Positions 20,376 to 26,010 of a DNA stretch of 64,000 nucleotides are shown one piece after another. Position 1 is the stretch's first letter. The number at the start of each line of letters is the position of its first letter. The stretch spans positions 1-64,000 of the IMG/VR virus record IMGVR_UViG_3300020045_002727. One strand, written 5' to 3'. The translations under genes were made by a program, and so were the position numbers. Below the pieces are notes generated by a model. The model searched no databases and had not been told where the DNA came from. It was given only the letters and a program-made list of their open reading frames with translations. This DNA comes from a virus (Duplodnaviria > Caudoviricetes).

Positions 20376-20621
20376 ATGGAAAAAATATTTGAAGATATTA
20401 AAAACGAAAGGTTGAGACAGGATGCTAAATTCGGTGAGAATCGAGAGCAACATCCAGCCGTCTGGTTGACCATTCTAACAGAAGAAGTTGGTGAGGTAGC
20501 ACAAGAAATTTGTGATTCTGGATTTGTTGAAGCAAGTCTTAAAAGTAACTACAGGGATGAATTGGTTCAAGTTGCAGCCGTAGCTGTAGCAGCGATACAA
20601 AACTTTGATAAAAACTCATGA
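20376..20621 (+). CDS. MazG-like nucleotide pyrophosphohydrolase
   Basis: LTEEVGEVAQE...ELVQVAAVA. Confidence 0.8.
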   Translation: MEKIFEDIKNERLRQDAKFGENREQHPAVWLTILTEEVGEVAQEICDSGFVEASLKSNYRDELVQVAAVAVAAIQNFDKNS

Positions 20622-20911
20622 AAGGCAGTTACAAAATTTTAGAACAAATGGTGAGGGAAATAAATCTCTCACCACTTGAATATCCAGCAAGACTTGAAAA
20701 CACAATAACAGATAATCATGAGAAAAAAGATACTATTTGTGTTGTACTGTTTGATATGGGTAGTGAACATAATTATATTGTTAAAGATGAAAGAACACTT
20801 TCTTGGTACGAATTAGTAAGTAAACAATCTAAAGAGACATTACTTGATGAGATGTCATTTGAAATCATCAGAAGTTTAATTTTAAATAATAAACATGAAA
20901 GTTTTAAATAA
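20618..20911 (+). CDS. hypothetical protein
   Basis: ATGA overlap. Confidence 0.6.
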   Translation: MKGSYKILEQMVREINLSPLEYPARLENTITDNHEKKDTICVVLFDMGSEHNYIVKDERTLSWYELVSKQSKETLLDEMSFEIIRSLILNNKHESFK

Positions 20912-21818
20912 ACTCAATCTAAAGAACGTGGTGTTCTTTGATATTGAAACGGTAGCATTATACGATGAACTACCAGAAAACTCACCAACATGGGATGCTT
21001 GGCAATACAAGATGGAACGTGAAGGTAAGTCAACCGAAAACCTAAAAGAATCTTACAAGAAAACAGCAGCATTATACCCAGAGTTCTCGAAGGTAGTTTG
21101 CATCTCCCTTGGTAGGATAAAAGGTAACAAGTTAAACCTTAAATCATATTATGGTGAAGAGAAAGTATTACTGCAGGATTTTACCGATGATTTGAATTTA
21201 GTTACAGATTCAATACCTAAAACAGTTTTATGTGGTCAGGCTATCATTGGATTTGATGTACCATTCTTGTTTAGACGTTGTTTAGTTAACGGTATTCAAC
21301 CACATGATTTATTGGATGTATCTGATAAGAAACCATGGGAGGTGTTGGATACAATGATTGATACAAATGTCTTATGGAAAGGCACTGGTTTCAATGGTGC
21401 TTCGCTTATTGCAATTGCTAACGCATTCGGTTTACCATCACCAAAAGATGATATTTCTGGAGCTGATGTTGGTAGAGTGTTTTATTCAGAAGGTGAAGCT
21501 GGTTTGAATCGTATAGTAACTTATTGTGAGAAAGATGTACTAGCTGTTGCAAATGTTGTTAGGAAGTGTAGATTTGAAGACATTTTAGAACCTGTTCATT
21601 CAATTGATGATAGTGAAGAAGCGTTTGAGAAGCAACCATTGATTATAAGCCTTTTTAACGGGGGTGCGTTCAATGAAAAACAACAACAGGAGTTAACAGA
21701 CCTTTATAATAAATGTAGCGATAAAACAGCCGCTATGATTGTTCTGGAAGCTATGACATCTACAGCAAAAGGTAAAATAACAAAAGTAACAAAAGCATGG
21801 CTAAAGACACTAAAATAA
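20895..21818 (+). CDS. PolB-type 3'-5' exonuclease-like protein
   Basis: FFDIETV, GFDVPFL, YCEKDV. Confidence 0.8.
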   Translation: MKVLNKLNLKNVVFFDIETVALYDELPENSPTWDAWQYKMEREGKSTENLKESYKKTAALYPEFSKVVCISLGRIKGNKLNLKSYYGEEKVLLQDFTDDLNLVTDSIPKTVLCGQAIIGFDVPFLFRRCLVNGIQPHDLLDVSDKKPWEVLDTMIDTNVLWKGTGFNGASLIAIANAFGLPSPKDDISGADVGRVFYSEGEAGLNRIVTYCEKDVLAVANVVRKCRFEDILEPVHSIDDSEEAFEKQPLIISLFNGGAFNEKQQQELTDLYNKCSDKTAAMIVLEAMTSTAKGKITKVTKAWLKTLK

Positions 21819-22447
21819 TCCTACCAAGGAAAGATGAGAATGGTGAGTATTACATCTCTTACTCTCAACTTACAACATGGAAGAAAAGTAAAAGGGATTA
21901 CATCAGGCAGTATTTCTTCGGGGATAAATTTGAAGGTAACTCTTACACTGATTTCGGGGGAGATATTGGTGAAGCATTAGAGAATAATGATTTCTCTGAT
22001 TTCACAGCCAAGGAGAGAGCATTCTTAGAAACTATCCCACGTTATGACCAATTTGAACGTAAAATCAGATTGGAATTAGATGGATTCTATGTCATGGGAT
22101 TCATAGATACGAATACAGCTGACTTTAAACACATCATGGACTACAAAACTGGTGATATGGGTAAAGAATCAGAGTATGACAATGATAAGTATTACCAATT
22201 AGAAATTTATGCAATGGGGCTGGAGCAAGAGACTGGAATCTTACCAGAGACTGCTAAAGTAACATTGATTGAAAGAACTGGTAATGCTTTCCAAGGTGAG
22301 GAATTAAAACTAGGTACTAAATTTATTCAGATTGACAGGTCATTAGACCCGTTTAGATTAGAATATGTTAAAGCTGATGTAATTAAAATTGCTCATGAGA
22401 TTTCAGATTGTTACAAAACATTTTTAACATTGTGTGGAAATGAGTAG
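21797..22447 (+). CDS. PD-(D/E)XK exonuclease (RecB/Cas4-like)
   Basis: ISYSQL, GFID...IMDYKTG, QLEIYA. Confidence 0.8.
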   Translation: MAKDTKIILPRKDENGEYYISYSQLTTWKKSKRDYIRQYFFGDKFEGNSYTDFGGDIGEALENNDFSDFTAKERAFLETIPRYDQFERKIRLELDGFYVMGFIDTNTADFKHIMDYKTGDMGKESEYDNDKYYQLEIYAMGLEQETGILPETAKVTLIERTGNAFQGEELKLGTKFIQIDRSLDPFRLEYVKADVIKIAHEISDCYKTFLTLCGNE

Positions 22448-22619
22448 GTCAAGAAAAGATGAAGAAGTTAAAACACCCTCGGCTAGGCTGAGGAGTGTTT
22501 TCTATCTGTTGTGGACTAAGGATAAACAAGGTCATGGTGACTTTGAAGATTTTTATGATGACAAGATGGAGATGCTTATTGAGCATTATAAAAATATTTT
22601 GAAAAAACTTTCTAAATAA
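22434..22619 (+). CDS. small hypothetical protein
   Basis: TPSARLRSVFY...YDDKME pattern seen in phage hypotheticals. Confidence 0.65.
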   Translation: MEMSRSRKDEEVKTPSARLRSVFYLLWTKDKQGHGDFEDFYDDKMEMLIEHYKNILKKLSK

Positions 22620-22620
22620 T

Positions 22621-22651
22621 TTGGAGGGTATTAAAATTTATTATATCTTTG
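22621..22651 (+). promoter_or_regulatory. promoter of tRNA array 1
   Basis: TTG at 22621, TATCTTTG at 22644-22651, 20-nt spacer. Confidence 0.78.
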
Positions 22652-22655
22652 CCTC

Positions 22656-22757
22656 ATGAAAATAATCAGACTGCATATAATAATAGCACTTCTAACATTA
22701 GAAGTATTAGTTCAAGACCCTCATATGGGTCATGAGGTAGCGTGTTTAATGGTGTAA
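22656..22757 (+). CDS. putative leader ORF (33 aa MKIIRLHIIIALLTLEVLVQDPHMGHEVACLMV)
   Basis: Hand-translated; lies between the promoter and a terminator hairpin. Confidence 0.35.
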   Translation: MKIIRLHIIIALLTLEVLVQDPHMGHEVACLMV

Positions 22758-22780
22758 TAATTTTATGCTAAATATATACT

Positions 22781-22812
22781 AAGCCTCCTCTCGAAAGACT
22801 GGAGGCTTTTTT
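22781..22812 (+). terminator. intrinsic terminator/attenuator before tRNA array 1
   Basis: AAGCCTCC-TCTCGAAAGACT-GGAGGCTT followed by a T run. Confidence 0.8.
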
Positions 22813-22858
22813 ATTCGGTTTTTAATAGGTTGACCGAGATAAAAATAACTTATTATTT

Positions 22859-22946
22859 CTAGGTGTGAAGGCAATTGGAAGCCGACTCGTTTTGGAAACG
22901 AGAAGTAGTTAATAGCTCAATGCAGGTTCGAGTCCTGTCACTTAGA
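22859..22946 (+). tRNA. tRNA-Pro(TGG) with long variable arm
   Basis: Acceptor CTAGGTG/CACTTAG, CTCGT-TTTGGAA-ACGAG, ~19-nt variable region, T arm GCAGG-TTCGAGT-CCTGT. Confidence 0.85.
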
Positions 22947-22955
22947 CAATATTTT

Positions 22956-23027
22956 GCTCCCATCGTCTAGCGGTTAGGACATCAGGTTTTCGACCTGAGA
23001 ACGAGGTTTCGACTACCTCTGGGAGTA
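22956..23027 (+). tRNA. tRNA-Glu(TTC)
   Basis: GCTCCCA/TGGGAGT, TCAGG-TTTTCGA-CCTGA. Confidence 0.9.
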
Positions 23028-23072
23028 CATAGAGATACTTAGCCTTTAACTCTTTAAAAAGCAAGGTACTTT

Positions 23073-23144
23073 TGCACCATCGTATAACGGCTAGTACAAT
23101 TGCCTTTGAAGCAATTAGCATAGGTTCGATTCCTTTTGGTGCAA
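23073..23144 (+). tRNA. tRNA-Gln(TTG)
   Basis: TGCACCA/TGGTGCA, ATTGC-CTTTGAA-GCAAT. Confidence 0.92.
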
Positions 23145-23151
23145 CAAACAT

Positions 23152-23226
23152 GGTGATTGTAGCTGAATTGGTTAAAGCCTCTGATTGTGATTCAGAAGAT
23201 TAAGGGTTCGAGTCCCTTCTTTCACA
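23152..23226 (+). tRNA. tRNA-His(GTG)
   Basis: TCTGA-TTGTGAT-TCAGA; encoded G-1; two T.T mismatches in acceptor stem. Confidence 0.82.
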
Positions 23227-23231
23227 CTAAA

Positions 23232-23313
23232 GCTGATGTGAGTTAAAAGCGAATGGCAGAGCATCTCCCCTTAGAAGGGAGGACTTTTGAGGGTTCAAAT
23301 CCCTCCAACAGCA
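23232..23313 (+). tRNA. tRNA-Leu(TAG), atypical (short variable region, enlarged D region)
   Basis: GCTGATG/CAACAGC, CTCCC-CTTAGAA-GGGAG, GAGGG-TTCAAAT-CCCTC. Confidence 0.75.
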
Positions 23314-23318
23314 CTACT

Positions 23319-23390
23319 TTCTGATTAGTTCAATGGATAGAACAGGTGATTACGAATCATCAAATACAAGTTCGAGTCTTGTATCGGGAA
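23319..23390 (+). tRNA. tRNA-Arg(ACG)
   Basis: TTCTGAT/ATCGGGA, GGTGA-TTACGAA-TCATC. Confidence 0.9.
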
Positions 23391-23395
23391 CAATA

Positions 23396-23474
23396 GGGGT
23401 CATGGTGAAACGGTAAACACGCAGGTCTTAAAAATCTGTGCTTCGGCTTGTGGGTTCAACTCCCACTTTCCCCA
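23396..23474 (+). tRNA. tRNA-Leu(TAA)
   Basis: CAGGT-CTTAAAA-ATCTG, GC-TTCG-GC variable arm; two acceptor mismatches. Confidence 0.85.
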
Positions 23475-23500
23475 CAAAAGTTAAAATATTCACAAAATAT

Positions 23501-23531
23501 TTGCACATGTAAATTATTTGTAATATCTTTG
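23501..23531 (+). promoter_or_regulatory. internal promoter in tRNA array 1
   Basis: TTGCACA at 23501, TATCTTTG at 23524-23531, 20-nt spacer. Confidence 0.8.
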
Positions 23532-23541
23532 CTTCATAATA

Positions 23542-23573
23542 AAACGAATAGTTCAGTTGATAGGGAACAATTT
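23542..23573 (+). repeat. 32-nt dispersed repeat, copy 2
   Basis: AAACGAATAGTTCAGTTGATAGGGAACAATTT. Confidence 0.9.
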
Positions 23574-23579
23574 AAAATT

Positions 23580-23652
23580 TGGTATATAGCTCAATTGGTA
23601 GAGCATCTCCCTGATACGGAGAAGGGTATAGGTTCGAGTCCTATTGTACCAA
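23580..23652 (+). tRNA. tRNA-Ile(GAT)
   Basis: TGGTATA/TGTACCA, TCTCC-CTGATAC-GGAGA. Confidence 0.93.
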
Positions 23653-23667
23653 CAATATTAAATAAAG

Positions 23668-24168
23668 ATGATTAGAAATTCAAAACAAGTAGAGTTAACA
23701 AAATTAGCTTATAATAAAGGATATAGAGTTTTAGAAAATGGAGATGTGATAGGACTTAGAGGTAAGAAATTAAATCTTTTTGAAAACAGTAAAGGATATT
23801 ATTGTTTCACTATAAGAAGAAAAGATAAATGCCCTACTTATACATTTGTTCATAAATTAAAAGCCTATCAATTATTTGGAGATGAATGTTTTAATGAAGG
23901 AATTGTAATTAGACATTTTAATGGTAACAATAAAGATAACTCAGATATTAATATTAAAATTGGAACTCAATTTGATAACATGATGGATATGACACCATTA
24001 CAGAGAAAGTTAAATGCGAGTAGTCCTATTCATAATCATTCTGAAATATTGAAAGATAGAGAATCTGGAATGACATATAGAGAAATACAAGAAAAATACA
24101 ATATTTCATCTAAAGGAACAATTAGTTTTATTGTAAACAAATCAATGAAGAAAGAAAAACTAAAATAA
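23668..24168 (+). CDS. HNH homing endonuclease inserted in the tRNA array
   Basis: FVHKL, IRHFNGNNKDNSDINI..GTQFDN HNH-like core; C-terminal HTH. Confidence 0.8.
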   Translation: MIRNSKQVELTKLAYNKGYRVLENGDVIGLRGKKLNLFENSKGYYCFTIRRKDKCPTYTFVHKLKAYQLFGDECFNEGIVIRHFNGNNKDNSDINIKIGTQFDNMMDMTPLQRKLNASSPIHNHSEILKDRESGMTYREIQEKYNISSKGTISFIVNKSMKKEKLK

Positions 24169-24180
24169 ATGTTAAAATAG

Positions 24181-24211
24181 TTGCAAGGTAATATTTTTTG
24201 ATATATCTTTG
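24181..24211 (+). promoter_or_regulatory. promoter restarting the tRNA array after the HNH gene
   Basis: TTGCA at 24181, TATCTTTG at 24204-24211, 20-nt spacer. Confidence 0.8.
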
Positions 24212-24222
24212 TACCATAATAT

Positions 24223-24306
24223 AGCGAGGTAGTCAGTAGATGGTAGCTTGTGAGGCTCATAACCTCATGTCGAAAGACCCCGTGGGTTCGAGTCCCACTC
24301 TCGCAA
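24223..24306 (+). tRNA. tRNA-Met(CAT), initiator-like, with long variable arm
   Basis: A1.A72 mismatch, TGAGG-CTCATAA-CCTCA, variable arm GTC-GAAA-GAC. Confidence 0.8.
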
Positions 24307-24311
24307 CAAGA

Positions 24312-24368
24312 TTTGTCATCGTTTTTTAAAATTAAGGATTAATAAGTGACGGCTCGGAAAGACGAGCA
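24312..24368 (+). ncRNA. structured RNA, candidate skipping-rope-like motif
   Basis: GTCAT/GTGAC stem around an AT-rich linker, then GCTCG-GAAAGA-CGAGC; family name from memory only. Confidence 0.5.
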
Positions 24369-24371
24369 ATT

Positions 24372-24443
24372 GGTCTATTGGAGTAGTGGTAACTGTACTA
24401 GCTTGTCACGCTAGGGTCGGGGGTTCGATTCCCCCATAGACCG
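24372..24443 (+). tRNA. tRNA-Asp(GTC)
   Basis: GGTCTAT/ATAGACC, CTAGC-TTGTCAC-GCTAG, G73. Confidence 0.93.
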
Positions 24444-24482
24444 CAAAAGTTTTATAAGATTTTCCTTTGATAAAATCTAAAC

Positions 24483-24556
24483 GCCTTAATAGCTCAGTCG
24501 GTTAGAGCATCTCATTTGTAACGAGAAGGTCGTAGGTTCAAACCCTACTTTTGGCT
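24483..24556 (+). tRNA. tRNA-Thr(TGT)
   Basis: Loop TTTGTAA; acceptor GCCTTAA/TTTTGGC with two T.T mismatches. Confidence 0.85.
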
Positions 24557-24640
24557 CTATTTTAGAAAACATTAATCCTATGGTCGGATGTGAGAACCAT
24601 ATAGCCGTATTTAAAAAACTCACAATGTTTTCTAAAAGAG
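24555..24640 (+). ncRNA. uncharacterised pseudoknotted RNA
   Basis: 14-bp closing stem TTTTAGAAAACATT/AATGTTTTCTAAAA; inner TATGGT/ACCATA hairpin whose loop can pair with CTCAC and CCG. Confidence 0.6.
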
Positions 24641-24642
24641 TA

Positions 24643-24755
24643 AGCTCGATTAGTGTAATGGTAACACGCAGCAAATCCCAGCTGAAAGAGAGTCATAGAG
24701 TAGAAATAATCACTTTATGATGAAACATAACAGGTTCGATTCCTGTATCAAGCTC
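24643..24755 (+). ncRNA. tRNA-Gly-derived tRNA-like RNA with aberrant anticodon loop and ~45-nt insertion
   Basis: GCTCGAT/ATCAAGC plus U73, GTGT/ACAC D stem, CAGC-AAATCCCA-GCTG, extra 9-bp hairpin, perfect T arm. Confidence 0.7.
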
Positions 24756-24802
24756 AAATCGATTGGTTGTGATGACGAGGAGGTCGATGCCTCAATTACA
24801 AT

Positions 24803-24874
24803 CGTGTGTTCGTCTAGTGGTCAAGGACGGTGACAAGTGCGTTGCAAACATGGGTTCAAATCCCATACACACAT
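24803..24874 (+). ncRNA. tRNA-shaped RNA with 6-nt anticodon-position loop
   Basis: GTGTGT/ACACAC acceptor, GTCTAGTGGTCAAGGAC D arm, GTGAC-AAGTGC-GTTGC, ATGGG-TTCAAAT-CCCAT. Confidence 0.7.
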
Positions 24875-24880
24875 CAAATA

Positions 24881-24981
24881 GTCTATTAATAAAAGTTATA
24901 TCAATGACACATAACAACGTGATTAACTTAGGATATGAGAATGTAAGTTCTCCACATAGTAAACCGATAAAATTAATAGAC
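24881..24981 (+). ncRNA. uncharacterised multibranch RNA
   Basis: GTCTATTAAT/ATTAATAGAC closing stem; inner AAGTTA/TAACTT and GAGAA/TTCTC hairpins. Confidence 0.45.
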
Positions 24982-24985
24982 ATAT

Positions 24986-25058
24986 ATCCTTATAGCTTAA
25001 ATGGAAAAGCCTCTGATTTCTAATCAGACGAGTACAGGTTCAAATCCTGTTAGGGATA
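24986..25058 (+). tRNA. tRNA-Arg(TCT)
   Basis: ATCCTTA/TAGGGAT, TCTGA-TTTCTAA-TCAGA. Confidence 0.9.
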
Positions 25059-25062
25059 CAAA

Positions 25063-25161
25063 GGGAGATGATAGCGATTTTGGGAAAGGTGAGTTGACTC
25101 CTCATCCGTATTCAGGTTGCCACCATGCAACTGGTGCTGAGTATGTAGCTACATATCTCCC
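25063..25161 (+). ncRNA. uncharacterised GC-rich junction RNA
   Basis: GGGAGAT/ATCTCCC closing stem; GTGAG/CTCAT and TATTCAG/CTGAGTA plus GTTGC/GCAAC arms. Confidence 0.55.
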
Positions 25162-25168
25162 CTATTAG

Positions 25169-25242
25169 TGCCATTTAGCTCAGTTGGTTAGAGCAGTCCC
25201 CTCATAAGGGAAAGGTCACAGGTTCGAGTCCTGTAGTGGCAA
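25169..25242 (+). tRNA. tRNA with CAT anticodon (elongator Met or Ile2, not resolved)
   Basis: TGCCATT/AGTGGCA, TCCC-CTCATAA-GGGA. Confidence 0.88.
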
Positions 25243-25432
25243 CAAAAAGTCAGGGTAACACCTGATTTAATTTTAAGTATTAATGTAAAAAAATTTACAG
25301 TTATGTATAGTAAGATAATTAAAGGTAAGAAAGTTAAAACTATAAAGTATTCTAAACCATACAGTAGTAGTCAACTATCAGCAATGATGGAATTAACTGA
25401 TATATTTGAACGTAAAATAAAAAAGCTCAGAA

Positions 25433-25657
25433 ATGAAAAGCAACCTTAAAAACTTCGTAATCGACATTGGGGATACACTAGGTGGAATCCTCCTAGGTTT
25501 ATCATTGGATGCTCACAGCACCATGATGATGGTCTTCGGTTCTTTATTAATAATATTCTCCGTTTATTTCAAATACTTAAACAATAAAAAAGAACCTGTA
25601 GAAGGTGAGAAGTTCACCATGGGTGAAATTATTGAACATTTAAAGGACATTCGATGA
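25433..25657 (+). CDS. small membrane protein
   Basis: Two hydrophobic segments. Confidence 0.6.
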   Translation: MKSNLKNFVIDIGDTLGGILLGLSLDAHSTMMMVFGSLLIIFSVYFKYLNNKKEPVEGEKFTMGEIIEHLKDIR

Positions 25658-26010
25658 ATTATAAGGAAACAATTTTAATTCCTACATCAGTGTTGTTGTC
25701 TAAATTATGCTCTGAGATAGATTCGTATTTTTATTCATTCGGTCAAGATTTACCATCTAAGAATAAGATTCAGAAGTGGTTGAGGGATGAATGGGATGTG
25801 GACATGAGTGTTCATTTAAACGGTATGTGTGGGATTAACATAGATAGTGGTGAAGTGACTAAGAATTACGGTGGTCATTATATTTACAAAGGTGATGTGT
25901 ACATGCTTGGTTTAACACCGTTTATAACATCTCACGAGGAAGCGCAGGAAACGATTATAAGATTAATATTAACTAAATTATTGAAAGAATATGATAACAA
26001 CGATTTATAA
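25654..26010 (+). CDS. hypothetical protein
   Basis: ATGA overlap. Confidence 0.65.
   Translation: MNYKETILIPTSVLLSKLCSEIDSYFYSFGQDLPSKNKIQKWLRDEWDVDMSVHLNGMCGINIDSGEVTKNYGGHYIYKGDVYMLGLTPFITSHEEAQETIIRLILTKLLKEYDNNDL

Noticed and set aside
24555-24640. Theta/HDV-like ribozyme at a tRNA 3' end
   Set aside because: The topology has an enclosing outer stem rather than the HDV P1/P2/P3/P4 order, and there is no G at the expected cleavage site
24682-24727. CTGAAAGA...stem...GAAAC as a hammerhead ribozyme core
   Set aside because: CUGANGA spacing is off by one and no stem I/III partner with an NUH site was found
22942-25023. Short ORFs overlapping tRNAs (22942, 23448, 24486, 24763, 24792), and likewise 61244
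   Set aside because: They run through tRNA or structured RNA sequence and are best explained as chance
22850-25250. tmRNA gene
   Set aside because: No ~350-nt element with a tRNA-Ala-like domain (G3.U70) and tag ORF found
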